Of a DNA stretch of 64,000 nucleotides, positions 38,717-49,561 are shown in pieces. Location of the stretch: NCBI GenBank assembly GCA_963707955.1, contig OY970176.1, forward strand, positions 896,001 to 960,000, in the 5' to 3' direction. Numbering within the stretch: position 1 is the first letter of the stretch; each line of letters starts with the position of its first letter. The notes under the pieces were generated by a model. That model was given only the letters and a program-made list of their open reading frames with translations, ran no database searches and was not told the origin of the DNA. Source of the stretch: Candidatus Bathyarchaeota archaeon. Lineage in GTDB: Archaea > Thermoproteota > Bathyarchaeia > Bathyarchaeales > Bathycorpusculaceae. A program made the position numbers and the translations under genes.

Positions 38717-41484
38717 ATGATAAGAAGAGGAGCGAAGTTACCGGGACATGCGCGGAGGGTCAAAAGCAAGAAAAGGCGCATGGTTGAATATCATCAGTTT
38801 TATGAAGAACTAGTGCAGAGTGTTCAAATTGGCCTAGATGTTTGGAAGCTTGAAAACGCAGATGACTTGGGCTCCTTCAGGCTTGTTCTGTCCAATCCTG
38901 CGGCGGAAAAGGCAACTGGAGTACCAAGAAAAAAGGTTCTGGGAAAAACTCTTGCTGAGATCTATCCTGCTCTTCTCAAGACAGAGATTCCGAAGATCTG
39001 GGTGGAAGTCATTCAAACTGGCGAGACGAGGGAACTGGAGGAATTTCACTATGGCGATGAACGCATTTCCAACAAAGTCTTTCATCTGAAGGTTTTGCCG
39101 CTTCCCAACAACTGCGTTGGCTTGGCCGTAGAAGACATCACTGAACGCAGGAAAGCTGAAGAAGCTCTAAGCGAGTCTGAGAGGAAGTACAGAAGCGTCG
39201 TTGACAACATAGCCGTTGGCATCCTAGTGATAGGTTCGAACAAGGAGATTCTGGCTTCAAACGCCCAGATGAAAAAGTGGTTCCCGGATGTCGAGGTTTC
39301 GAAGAACCTGTTTGCTTCAGGGCTTTCAACAATCCTCCTCGAGATGGCATCTGCTCCTATTGTCCGACGTACAAGACGCTGGTAGACGGGCAAGTGCATG
39401 AATCGATTAAGAGTGCTTCTGTGCGCGGCGAGACCATGCATTTTAGGGTGACATCGTCTCCGATTAAGGATAAGGATGGCAAAGTCATTGAAGCCATTGA
39501 GATGGTGGAGGATGTCACTGAACGTATTCGGTTGGAGAAGGAGCTTAAGTCTCATTCTGAACGTTTAGAGAAACTGGTCAAAGAGAGAACGAGAGAGCTG
39601 GCGGAGGACGAAGAGCGTTCTAGAACGTTGAACCTGCTCGGTGGGAAGCTTAATGCTGCCAAGACGCTCGATGAGGTCTACAAATGGACATTAGACGCCA
39701 TGCATAAGACGTTGGGTTTCGAGCATGGCACATTCATGGCTATAGAGAAAAACAATCTTGTGATTCCGGGTCACCTGGGGCACACAAGACCTGTGCTTTC
39801 GAATCTGCGAATTGACGGAACAAGAGGCATAACTGTCAGGGCCGTAAAGACTCGTGAACCCATTCTTGTTTCAGACGTGAATAAAGAAAAAGATTACGTT
39901 GCAGTTTTCCCCGGCATTCAGTCAGAACTTGCTGTTCCAGTTCTTGGAGAAGACCGAGTACTGGGGGTTTTAGACGTGGAAAGCAGGAAACCCGGAGCAT
40001 TCAGCGAAAAAGACGCTACGTTGCTGCAGATTTTGGCTTCACATGCTGCAACGGCGATCAGCAACCAGTTGAAACGGATGGAGATTGAGAACCGCTCGTG
40101 CCAGATGGCTTCACTTATGAAAAGCTCGGCTGAGATGATTCACACCGCGGACTTACGGCGCCGCCTCCAAACGATCGCCGAGGCGATCAGAGAGTTCGGA
40201 TGGCGAAGAGTCGTCATCTCCTTGAGAGACGAAAACATGGAGATGAGAAGCCGAGATGACATGGTAGCCGTTGGCATAACGGATGAGGAAAGAGAATTTC
40301 TATGGAAAAACAGGCCCCCGGGACGCGTGGTCCGTGAGCGGCTGGGGCCAGAATATGAGCGTTTCAAAATCGGCGAATTCTTCTATCTTCCATGGAATGA
40401 TCCTTGGGTTAGAGAAAAGTACGGGTACAAGGCGAGTGTTCTGAGCCATCTTGAGCCTGAAGAGATGGTTGACTGGCATCCGCAAGACACTGTGTATGCT
40501 CCGCTTCGATTGGCTGACGGACGCGTCGTAGGTCGGCTAAGCATGGATGACCCTGTGGACGGAAGACGCCCGACTAAGGAGTCTTTGATGCCGTTGGAAC
40601 TTTTCTTGCATCAAGCAGCGGTCGCAATCGAGAATGCTCAGCTGATTCAGCAGTTGGATAGTGCCAAGGCCAAGATTTCGGAGTATGCCGGCGAGCTTGA
40701 AGTGAAGGTTCAAGAGCGGACAAAAGAGTTGATGGAAACTCAGGCGAAGTTGTTGAAGAATGAGAGGTTGGCGGCTATCGGCCAATTGGCGGGGATGGTT
40801 GGGCATGACCTGCGCAACCCACTTACAGGAATCGCTGGGGCAGCATATTACATTAAAGCAAATTCAAGGCCAAGGTTGGACCAGAGATCCAGGGAAATGC
40901 TTGATATCATTGAAGAAGGCGTTCAACGTTCAAACAAGATCATCGGCGATCTTTTGGAATACTCAAGGGAGATCAGACTTGAATTCTCGGAGACCACCCC
41001 GAAAGTGGTGCTGAAAGAGGTCTTGTCGCTTGTCAAGATTCGAAAAAACATTCACGTTAAGAACTTAACGAGAGACAACCCAAGGATCAGCGTTGACATC
41101 GAAAAAATGAGAAGAGTCTTCATCAACTTAATCAAGAACGCTGTCGAAGCTATGCCAAAAGGCGGGACACTGACAATAAGAAGCAAGAAATCAGACAACA
41201 ACGTAGAATTCTCTTTCACAGACACTGGAGAAGGCATGACAAAATGCGTACTTGACAAGCTTTGGAGCCCGCTTTTCACGACAAAGGCGAAAGGAATGGG
41301 CTTCGGCCTGCCGATCTGCAAACGAATGGTGGAGGCGCACAGGGGCAAGATCTCTGTTAAGAGTGCCATTGCCAAAGGATCCACGTTCACGATTACCGTT
41401 CCAATCAACCCTGTAACGGACGGAGGTGAACAGGTTTGGGTGAACATGCCAGAATCCTTGTTGTCGACGACGACAAAAGCATAA
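38717..41484 (+). CDS. PAS-PAS-GAF-GAF sensor histidine kinase; one base missing near 39305
   Basis: PAS motifs, SELAVPV..LGVLDVES (GAF), GHDLRNPL, NLIKNAVEAM, DTGEG, GMGFGL. ORFs 38717-39385 and 39277-41484 join on adding one A. Confidence 0.88.
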
Positions 41485-41913
41485 GAAAAACGTTAGAGGC
41501 AATACTCAAGGGCGAGGGCTACCACGTGCAAACTGCAGAAAACGGGAAGCAAGCCATAGAAAAGACCCACAGCGGCAATTACAATTTAGCATTGATAGAC
41601 ATTTGCCTGCCAGACATGGAAGGAACAGAGACTTCTGACAAAAATGAAAGACACGACGCCTAAGATGCGAAAGATAATCATCACAGGCTACCCATCCCTG
41701 CAAAACGCCGTTGAAGCTCTAAACAGGGAAGCAAACGCCTACATACTGAAACCTTTCGACGTCAAAGAGGTTCTTCAAACAATAAGAGAACAATTGAACA
41801 AACAAGAAGCAGAAAAAACGTTCAGCCAAGACAAAGTCACCGAGTTCATAGAGACGCGAGTAAAAGAACTGGAACCTCAGAAGAGCACAGCGAGCCGTAA
41901 TCGGCGCGCTTAA
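41436..41913 (+). CDS. Response regulator receiver; one extra base near 41631
   Basis: ILVVDDD, ALIDICLPDMEGTE / LLTKMKD..ITGYPS..YILKPF; paralogue of 28466-28918. Confidence 0.85.
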
Positions 41914-42174
41914 ACGTTGCCAATCTTTTCCCTCGTGTGCAGCAGTCCAACTTTAAACCATTTTTGTATAGGGACATGCAGGCCCACCTTTCGACGCTAT
42001 GCAATTAGGCGTTTTAGACGCGTTCGGAGATAGCTAACCAGCCTCTGGAAGCTGGAAAAAACCAACTTGCCAGCCAATCCTGATTGCACGCACCATCGCG
42101 CGCTAGCGAATCGTTGACTCATCAGCAAAACCTATATTTATAGAGCAATCAAAGATGACTTGTGCACGGGAAAC

Positions 42175-42870
42175 ATGGAAAATAACGGCGATTATGTTTT
42201 AAGGGTGTCAAATCTAGGCGTCAAGCTTCAGAATCAGACAATTTTGGACAATGTGAGTTTCAAGCTGAAGAGAGGAACTGCCCTGGCAGTTCTTGGCCCG
42301 AACGGTGCTGGAAAGACGATGCTTTTCAAGGCCCTATTGAAGCTGGTGCCATACACGGGGAAAATTGAATGGGCAGAAAAAACGAAGATAGGCTACGTTC
42401 CTCAGAACATTGCAGTCGCCGACATTCCCATCTCTGTGAAGGAGTTTTTATCATTCAAAAATCACGTGGACGTTGAAAGCTCGCTGGGCCCCGTAAGACT
42501 TAACAACAAGAACATGGCACACAAGACCCTGGGCTTTTTGTCCGGAGGAGAGCTTCGAAGAGTGCTCATTGCCTGGGCTTTGGCTGATAACCCAAACGTT
42601 CTGCTGTTTGATGAACCGACAAGCGGCGTCGACCTCGGCAGCGAGGAACCCATATTCGTGACGCTTAAGGAGCTGAAGGAGAAAAACAAGATAACTGTAC
42701 TTCTGATCACTCATGACGTGCATATTGTTAGGGAATACTCGGACTATTTACTGGCACTGGATAAGTGTGTCACCTTCTTTGGTAATTCAAAGGAAATAAT
42801 GAACCCGCCAATACAGAAAAGGATCTACGGCGAAACGGTGTGCGCTGGAATACCCAACGAAAAAACGTGA
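42175..42870 (+). CDS. Metal (Zn/Mn) ABC transporter ATP-binding protein, ZnuC-like
   Basis: GPNGAGKT, IGYVPQ, LSGGE, LLFDEPT, ITHD. Confidence 0.88.
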   Translation: MENNGDYVLRVSNLGVKLQNQTILDNVSFKLKRGTALAVLGPNGAGKTMLFKALLKLVPYTGKIEWAEKTKIGYVPQNIAVADIPISVKEFLSFKNHVDVESSLGPVRLNNKNMAHKTLGFLSGGELRRVLIAWALADNPNVLLFDEPTSGVDLGSEEPIFVTLKELKEKNKITVLLITHDVHIVREYSDYLLALDKCVTFFGNSKEIMNPPIQKRIYGETVCAGIPNEKT

Positions 42871-42876
42871 TCCTCT

Positions 42877-43647
42877 ATGGCAGCATTGTTGCTCAGCCTC
42901 TTGATAGGGGTCTCAGTGGGCGTTTCAGCGGGCTATTTGGGCTCTCTCATGGTCCTCAAAAAGATGGCTCTCGTCGGCGATGCCCTTTCACACGTAGCCT
43001 TGCCGGGACTCGCGCTTGGAATCTTGTACAACTTCCCACCTTTTCTAGGAGCCTTTGCCTTCCTATTCGCTTCGGCCGTCATCATTTGGCATCTGGGAAG
43101 AGTCACCAAACTGCCTTTTGAAACGATCGTTGGCGCAATGTTCACTCTTGCCCTTGCAATCGGCATAATGATTATTCCAGGAGCTGACCTCCTTGAGGCA
43201 CTGTTTGGAGATATAACCACGGTAACGATCCTAGACACAGTAGCCGCATTAGTCGTCTCTGCGATAGCGGTGCTTTTGACGAAGATTATCTACAAAAAGC
43301 TCGTGCTGGGCATGATTTCAGAAGAACTGGCAATCTCAAAAGGCATCGACGTTAGCAGGACAAACTTTGTATATCTTCTGCTGACATCTCTTATCGTGGC
43401 TGTCGGCATCAAAATCACGGGAACGCTCCTGGTAGGTTTCCTAGTAGTGGTCCCGGCGGCAGCAGCAAAGAACGTGAGCGCTGACCTGTCCAAGTATGCG
43501 GTGTTGAGCGCAGCTTTCGGGACAATCAGCGCTTGCTCCGGAGTTCTGTTCTCAAGCTACTTGAACTTGCCAACCGGACCGTTGGTGGTCTTTTCTGGAA
43601 TCGTTGTTTTCTTTGGAACTGTATTAGTAAAGTGGAAAGCAAAATAG
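42877..43647 (+). CDS. Metal ABC transporter permease, ZnuB-like
   Basis: GDALSHVALPG, LFGDI, GTLLV..VVPAAAA, LPTGP. Confidence 0.88.
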   Translation: MAALLLSLLIGVSVGVSAGYLGSLMVLKKMALVGDALSHVALPGLALGILYNFPPFLGAFAFLFASAVIIWHLGRVTKLPFETIVGAMFTLALAIGIMIIPGADLLEALFGDITTVTILDTVAALVVSAIAVLLTKIIYKKLVLGMISEELAISKGIDVSRTNFVYLLLTSLIVAVGIKITGTLLVGFLVVVPAAAAKNVSADLSKYAVLSAAFGTISACSGVLFSSYLNLPTGPLVVFSGIVVFFGTVLVKWKAK

Positions 43648-43732
43648 GGCGAAACAAGCGCAAGAGAAAGAGGAAGTAGAGCTAGTGCAACTGCAAGATG
43701 GATTAGGGCAAGGAACAAGAACTTATCGCTTG

Positions 43733-44656
43733 ATGGAACCAGTCACGATTCATGAGTTCAAGGCCTTTGCTGCACGGAAAAGAGTTGTGACGATAGAAAA
43801 CCAACAAGTGGACATTGGAAATAAATGGAAGATCTCTGAGTTTGGTCCGCCGAAAGAATATGTTCCTGAAGTTCATACGGTTTGGAGTTTTCCGAACAGA
43901 GGAGACTGGGCTACACACTTGGGCAATTACCGAGGCAACTGGTCACCCTACATTCCGAGGAATCTGATACTCAAGTACACGAATACAGATGACTTGGTTC
44001 TGGACCAGATGATGGGTTCCGGGACAACTCTTGTAGAATGTAAATTGCTAGGCAGAAACGCCGTTGGAGTTGACATAAACAGAGACGCCATTATGGTTGC
44101 CCTTGATAGACTGAATTTCTCCTATAACCCGCTGGACTCAGACTATCCTGAAGACCTCAAAATCAGAACGTATGTTGGGGATGCGCGGAACCTAAATCTT
44201 ATCGAAGACGATTCGATAGACCTCATTGCCACTCATCCGCCATATACGGGAATAATCGCTTATACGAACGGTAGAGTTGAAGGTGACCTTTCGAGTCAAA
44301 AACTCGGAGGTTATCTGAAAGAAATGCGGGTTGTCGCAGAGGAAGCCTTCAGAGTTTTGAAGCACAAAAAGTGCTGTGCCGTATTGATAGGTGACACGCG
44401 GAAGCATCTTCACTACGTTCCTGTATCTGCCAGAGTTTTGGAAGTGTTCTTAGACGCAGGTTTCGTGTTGAAAGAAGACATCATAAAACTTCAATGGAAG
44501 ACGAAGACGACAAGAGAGAAGTGGAGAGGCAAAAAGTACGAGTTCTACAAGATAGCTCACGAACACCTCTATATCTTTAGGAAGCCTGCTGAAGGAGAAA
44601 AACTGTCACCGTTAAAGTACAGCAAGAGATGGCACGAGGAGTCGCTCGAAAATTAA
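43733..44656 (+). CDS. Amino (N4-C/N6-A) DNA methyltransferase, orphan
   Basis: YRGNWSPYIPRNLI, VLDQMMGSGTT, GVDIN, THPPY, IGDTR, HEHLYIFRK. Start uncertain (43685 possible). Confidence 0.8.
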   Translation: MEPVTIHEFKAFAARKRVVTIENQQVDIGNKWKISEFGPPKEYVPEVHTVWSFPNRGDWATHLGNYRGNWSPYIPRNLILKYTNTDDLVLDQMMGSGTTLVECKLLGRNAVGVDINRDAIMVALDRLNFSYNPLDSDYPEDLKIRTYVGDARNLNLIEDDSIDLIATHPPYTGIIAYTNGRVEGDLSSQKLGGYLKEMRVVAEEAFRVLKHKKCCAVLIGDTRKHLHYVPVSARVLEVFLDAGFVLKEDIIKLQWKTKTTREKWRGKKYEFYKIAHEHLYIFRKPAEGEKLSPLKYSKRWHEESLEN

Positions 44657-44699
44657 CTGGCACGCATAAAACCCAAGGCCATTTCATGCAAGATCGATG

Positions 44700-45584
44700 T
44701 TAACGCATTTCCTTTGTGAGGCCAGTCCTGCTTACGTGTCCTTTTTCACCCAGGTAATCGGCAAGGGCTTCTTTCCATTCTCTCGTTTGTATGCCATGTT
44801 TTGAAAGCCTCGTGCTTTTTAGAGCTGAAAAGCTGGGTCTGCGAGCCTTTGTTTGCTGCTGACTTGTCCTTATCGGCTTCAGCGTTGGGTTTAACCCTGC
44901 AAGTCTAAATATTTCCTGGGTGAACTGGAACCATGTGCACTGGCCTTGGTTTGAAGCGTGGTAGATTCCGAAGGGTAGCCGTTTTTCTATGATTTCTTGT
45001 ATTACTCCTGATGCGTCTTTCGTGTATGTGGGGGTCATCCACATGTCGTTCACTACGCTTAGAGGCTCGTTTTTCTTTGCTTTTGTCATCATTGTTTCAA
45101 CGAAGTTTCCTCCCTTGCCGCTTGCTCCTGCGACGCCGAAGAGGCTTGAGAGTCTTACGATGTAGTGCTTGGGGTTTTGTTTTGTGAAGAGTTCGCCTGC
45201 CAGTTTTGAGATTCCGTAGGTGTTGATTGGGTTTGGAGTGTCGTCTTCCGTGTACGGTTTCTTTTTGGAGCCGTCGAAGACATAGTCTGTGCTTATGAAC
45301 GTAGCTGTGGCCTCGATTTCTTTGGACACCGTGGCTATGTTTCTGGCGCCTACGGCGTTTACGGAGAACGCTTTCAGCGGCTCGTATTCGCATTGGTCTG
45401 TTTGGTGGAATGCAGCGGTGTTTATTATGATGTTTGGGCAGTCTTTTTTCAGAATTAGGCAGCTGTTGTAGTCTGTGACTTCTAAGTCCTGATGGGTTAG
45501 GCCTATGACTTCGTGTTTGCCACGCAGCGCTTTCACAAGGTCTGTGCCGAGCTGGCCAGTTGAGCCTATGATCGTGATCTTCAT
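44700..45584 (-). CDS. rfbD: dTDP-4-dehydrorhamnose reductase
   Basis: GSTGQLG, ISTDYVFDG, YGISKLAGE, ARRP.FSAL. Confidence 0.92.
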   Translation of the reverse strand: MKITIIGSTGQLGTDLVKALRGKHEVIGLTHQDLEVTDYNSCLILKKDCPNIIINTAAFHQTDQCEYEPLKAFSVNAVGARNIATVSKEIEATATFISTDYVFDGSKKKPYTEDDTPNPINTYGISKLAGELFTKQNPKHYIVRLSSLFGVAGASGKGGNFVETMMTKAKKNEPLSVVNDMWMTPTYTKDASGVIQEIIEKRLPFGIYHASNQGQCTWFQFTQEIFRLAGLNPTLKPIRTSQQQTKARRPSFSALKSTRLSKHGIQTREWKEALADYLGEKGHVSRTGLTKEMR

Positions 45585-46597
45585 AGTACTGCCCCTTTGA
45601 CCTCGATGTCTTTGAGGAAAGCTTGCATTTCCAGAAGGTTGCGGTACCATTTGACGGTTATCGTTTTCGGGTCGTCAGGGTTAAGTTTTCCTTCCTTGAG
45701 GGCATCGTACACTTCTTTTGCCCCTTCTTTCGGCGAATAATCCGTTCTGTAGTTGAGTGCCCTCTTGATCTTGTCGAAGCTCACCTTGTAGCTTCTCTTG
45801 TCAGGTGTGCCGTACCATTCATAGTTAAACGGCAGTTTGATGGCTTCTGCCACCAAGTTGGCGAGGTCAAAGACCTGCACGTTCTGCTCGTCGCTGCCGA
45901 CGTTGAAGATTTGGCCGTTGACAAATTCCGGGTCCGATTCCAGCACTCTGATAAACGCGTTCGACGTGTCTTTCACGTGCACAAAGGGACGCCACTGCTT
46001 TCCGTCTCTCATGATGGGTATTTTACCGTTCTTGAAGAAGCCCAGAACCATGCCGTTTATCGCCAGGTCAAACCTCATTCTTGGAGAAAACCCGTAGACG
46101 GTGGCTTGTCTGAGTGCCGTCACAGTGAAGGACTTGTTGGCCAAGGGCAGAATGTCTTTTTCAGCCAGCATGTTGGCCTTCGCGTAAGTTGTTAAGGGGT
46201 TCAGGCCTGACTGTTCCGTCAGAGTTCCTTCCTGGAAACCGTAGACGCTGCAAGTGCTGGCCAGAACGTATTTTCCTACGCCGTGTTTCTTAGACAGAGC
46301 GGCTACTCTCACTCTTCCTTTGTGGTTTATTTCGAGTGTTTTCTGCGGGTCAAGTTCGCCGCTCGGGTCGTTTGAAAGCGATGCCAAGTCGAGGACGGCG
46401 TCTACTCCATTCAGTATTTCTGGCTTGAACCATCTGATATCGCCCTTGATCAAAGTGATTTTATCTTTTACGTCTTTTACGGGGTCGGTTCCAAAGAACA
46501 GCCTGTCGAGGCATGTTACGTCGTGGCCTCTTTCCAAGATTGTTCTCGTGAGGACGGAGCCAATGTACCCTGCACCGCCTGTGACTAACACTCTCAT
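45581..46597 (-). CDS. NAD-dependent sugar epimerase/dehydratase (extended SDR)
   Basis: VTGGAGYIG, ASTCSVYG, YAKAN, RPFVHVKD. Confidence 0.88.
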   Translation of the reverse strand: MRVLVTGGAGYIGSVLTRTILERGHDVTCLDRLFFGTDPVKDVKDKITLIKGDIRWFKPEILNGVDAVLDLASLSNDPSGELDPQKTLEINHKGRVRVAALSKKHGVGKYVLASTCSVYGFQEGTLTEQSGLNPLTTYAKANMLAEKDILPLANKSFTVTALRQATVYGFSPRMRFDLAINGMVLGFFKNGKIPIMRDGKQWRPFVHVKDTSNAFIRVLESDPEFVNGQIFNVGSDEQNVQVFDLANLVAEAIKLPFNYEWYGTPDKRSYKVSFDKIKRALNYRTDYSPKEGAKEVYDALKEGKLNPDDPKTITVKWYRNLLEMQAFLKDIEVKGAVL

Positions 46598-46610
46598 TAC
46601 TCTGGCCCTC

Positions 46611-47126
46611 TCACTTGTGCGGAGGACTGAACCAGTCCCACGGTTTGCCCACGCGAGGGTCGTCTTTCTTGCCGTTTATCTCCGTCGGAACTATTTTCTG
46701 GTCGTTCCAAGCCCTGCGGATTTCGTCTGGATTCTTGTAGTCGTAGAGCCTTGTCACGAAGTAAACCGTCAATGATGGTTCGTTGCTGACGGTTTTTGTC
46801 CCGTGCAGGTACTTGCCCGGTATTCTCACAATCGTCGGCTTTTCGCCGCTGGTTATGACTTCTGCCAGTTTTCCCGTCTCTTCTTCATAGGCGCAGATCT
46901 TCATTGCCCCTTTCAGCACGAGAAAGTAGTCCACTTGCCCTCTCACGTGTTTGTGCCATGCTCTGACGATGTTTGGGTAGCTGCTGCTTACGTTCACCTG
47001 TGTTACCCATTCGTCTTCAAACATTTCTTTCCAATCTTGTCTCAGCGCCTCGGCGAAAAAGCCTCTTTCGTCTGGCAGGATGTTTATCTCGCTGGTTTTC
47101 ACTCCTTTCAACGGGTACTCTTTCAT
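46611..47126 (-). CDS. rfbC: dTDP-4-dehydrorhamnose 3,5-epimerase
   Basis: DERGFF, SYPNIVRAWHKH, HG, YDYKNPDE. Confidence 0.88.
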   Translation of the reverse strand: MKEYPLKGVKTSEINILPDERGFFAEALRQDWKEMFEDEWVTQVNVSSSYPNIVRAWHKHVRGQVDYFLVLKGAMKICAYEEETGKLAEVITSGEKPTIVRIPGKYLHGTKTVSNEPSLTVYFVTRLYDYKNPDEIRRAWNDQKIVPTEINGKKDDPRVGKPWDWFSPPHK

Positions 47127-48193
47127 ATTTCCACCTCTGAATAGTCCCCAACGTGAAGTTTTATCGCTTTGGTCTTTCTGTTTTTACATACCACTGCGTT
47201 TTTGCCTATGAGGCTTTCCTCGAGTCTGTCAACGTCCTGAACCAGAGCGTTTTCTAGGATTACAGAGTATTCCACGTTGGAGCTGATGATTCGTGAGTTG
47301 TCTCCAACACTCGTGTACGGTCCTATGAAGGAGTTCTCTACCACCGTGTTCTTGCCTATAGTGCATGGGCCTCTAACCGTGCTGTTCGTTATCTTCGCTC
47401 CATCGTCTACCCTGACTCTTCCTTCGACGGTGCTGTTTTCGACTTTTCCCTTGACGCTTCTCTTTATGTACTCGTCCAATATTTTCGCGTTGGCCGAGAG
47501 TATGTCGTCTTTCTTGCCTGTGTCTATCCACCACGTCTTGAGTACTCCAGCTTTGACCTTGAAACCCATGCTTATCATTTCTTGCAACGCGTCAGTTATT
47601 TCCAGTTCACCCCTCCATGAGGGCTTGATCCTTTCTATGGCCTGGTGGATCCTGTTGGAGAGTATATAGGTGCCGACTATTGCGAGGTTGCTCGAGGGTT
47701 CCTTAGGCTTTTCTATGAGCTGCTTTATGTTGCCTTCTCCGTCCAAAACGGCTACTCCGTATTTCGTTGGGTCTTCCACTTCTTTCAAAAGGATAAGCCC
47801 GTCGAGCTTTTCTCGTTGAAACCTCTTGACGAGGTTAACTATTCCTAACCCTTGAAGGTTGTCCCCCAAGCACATGGCGAGGCTGTCTTCTTTCAGGAAG
47901 CCCTTAGCGGTCTTGACTGCGTGTGCCAGGCCCAACGGTTCTTGAGTGATGTAAGTGACGTTGAAACCCCATTCCGCGCCATCCTTAACGTATTCCTTGA
48001 CGTAGCTTCCAGTCTCTGGCGCGATCACCAGACCAACATCGGTTATGCCCGTTTCAGCGACTTGGTCGAGAACGTAGCCGAGAATAGGCCTGTTTGCGAC
48101 GGGGATCAGCTGCTTGGCCAGGGTGAACGTTAAGGGCCTGAGCCTAGTGCCCTTTCCCCCGCTTAGAACCAACGCCTTCAAGTGTTTCGCCAC
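47123..48193 (-). CDS. rfbA: Glucose-1-phosphate thymidylyltransferase (long form)
   Basis: LSGGKGTRLRPLT, KQLIPVAN, PLGLAHAV, GELEITDA, DTGK, hexapeptide tail. Confidence 0.92.
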   Translation of the reverse strand: MAKHLKALVLSGGKGTRLRPLTFTLAKQLIPVANRPILGYVLDQVAETGITDVGLVIAPETGSYVKEYVKDGAEWGFNVTYITQEPLGLAHAVKTAKGFLKEDSLAMCLGDNLQGLGIVNLVKRFQREKLDGLILLKEVEDPTKYGVAVLDGEGNIKQLIEKPKEPSSNLAIVGTYILSNRIHQAIERIKPSWRGELEITDALQEMISMGFKVKAGVLKTWWIDTGKKDDILSANAKILDEYIKRSVKGKVENSTVEGRVRVDDGAKITNSTVRGPCTIGKNTVVENSFIGPYTSVGDNSRIISSNVEYSVILENALVQDVDRLEESLIGKNAVVCKNRKTKAIKLHVGDYSEVEI

Positions 48194-48598
48194 TTTATCG
48201 CGTAGAGTGTCAATGGTGACTTAAGTATTTCCTCACAGTAATAAAGCACCGCGCTGATCGCTTAAGAAATAACGGACGGCCTGGACCCATACGCAAAGGG
48301 CTCGAGCCCATTTCTAGAAAAAGTGCAGTGCGGGGGGTAGGTAGCGCCGTCACCCGAGTTTACCGACAATATGTGTTTAGAACGTTCTTTGTTGGGCTAC
48401 AAATTTCCTTTTGCCACTTTGAATCTACGGTAGGGTGAGGTCAAGATTCTTATCTTTGTGCGCGCGGTTTATTAGGAGCCTTAGAGCCTTACTTGACAAT
48501 TCAAACGATGGAGGCCGCATAAGGTTGAAAATGTTTGGCTGTGAGCCAATCAATGGCTGCTGCAGGCGTTCTCCATTTAACCACATGATAAAAGAGAA

Positions 48599-49555
48599 TT
48601 GGTTACTTTGACAGATCCCATTATCGAGGCTGTGAATCTCTCCAAAAGCTACGGCTCGTTTGCTGCCGTGTCGAACCTAAACTTGAAGATTGAAGGGTCA
48701 AAGTGCGTTGGATTCTTAGGCCCGAACGGTGCAGGAAAGACAACTACTCTCAAAATGTTTACTGATCTGATCAGGCCGTCCGCTGGAGAGGCTCTTATAA
48801 ACGGTGTAAACGTGCACACTCAAAAGAAAAAAGCACTTGCTTCCGTGAGTGCTCTGATTGAAACTCCCGAAATCTACCCATCGCTAACGCCCAGAGAAGC
48901 ACTCATGATGATAGCCGAGATAAGAGGAGTGCCAAGCACAGAGCGGAGCAAGAGAATAGAGGAAACCGTTTCAGAAGTTCGCATGGAGGAATGGATTGAT
49001 AAGAGGGTTGGCAAGTTCTCCAAAGGAATGAAACAGAGAATATGCATAGCCTCTGCGCTTCTGAGCGATCCAACCATACTTCTCCTGGACGAGCCCACCA
49101 ACGGGCTTGACCCAAGAGGAATGAGCGAAGTCAGAGGCATCGTAAAATCCCTTAAGAGCAAGGAGAGACTGATTTTCATGAGCTCCCACATTCTCAGTGA
49201 GGTTTCAGAAGTCTGCGACGAAGTCGCGATGATCGACCATGGAAAACTAATCGTCTACAACACGATATCCAACGTGACAGCCAAGTTCATAGGAGGAGAA
49301 AACATCGTGGAGGTTGAGCTGCAACGTCCAATCGATTCCGAGCAGACAATCAAGAAAATAGCGGCCATTCCAAGCATAATCACGGCGGAGAAAAAAGACG
49401 ACAGAAACTTGACAATCAGGTTCAGCGGAGGCCTGGACGCGCAAGAAAAGATCCTCTCTTACCTGGTGAAAATGAACATTGGAGTAATCAGTTACAGACC
49501 AGCGTCATCAGGACTCGAAGACGCATACCTCAAACTTATCAGCAGCACGTTGTGA
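48599..49555 (+). CDS. ABC-2 exporter ATP-binding protein
   Basis: GPNGAGKTT, FSKGMKQR, LLDEPTNGLDP, SSH. Confidence 0.9.
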   Translation: MVTLTDPIIEAVNLSKSYGSFAAVSNLNLKIEGSKCVGFLGPNGAGKTTTLKMFTDLIRPSAGEALINGVNVHTQKKKALASVSALIETPEIYPSLTPREALMMIAEIRGVPSTERSKRIEETVSEVRMEEWIDKRVGKFSKGMKQRICIASALLSDPTILLLDEPTNGLDPRGMSEVRGIVKSLKSKERLIFMSSHILSEVSEVCDEVAMIDHGKLIVYNTISNVTAKFIGGENIVEVELQRPIDSEQTIKKIAAIPSIITAEKKDDRNLTIRFSGGLDAQEKILSYLVKMNIGVISYRPASSGLEDAYLKLISSTL

Positions 49556-49561
49556 TCAAAC

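Noticed and set aside
48240-48420. Structured RNA or tRNA in the G-rich spacer upstream of rfbA
   Set aside because: No cloverleaf, T-loop or recognisable riboswitch.
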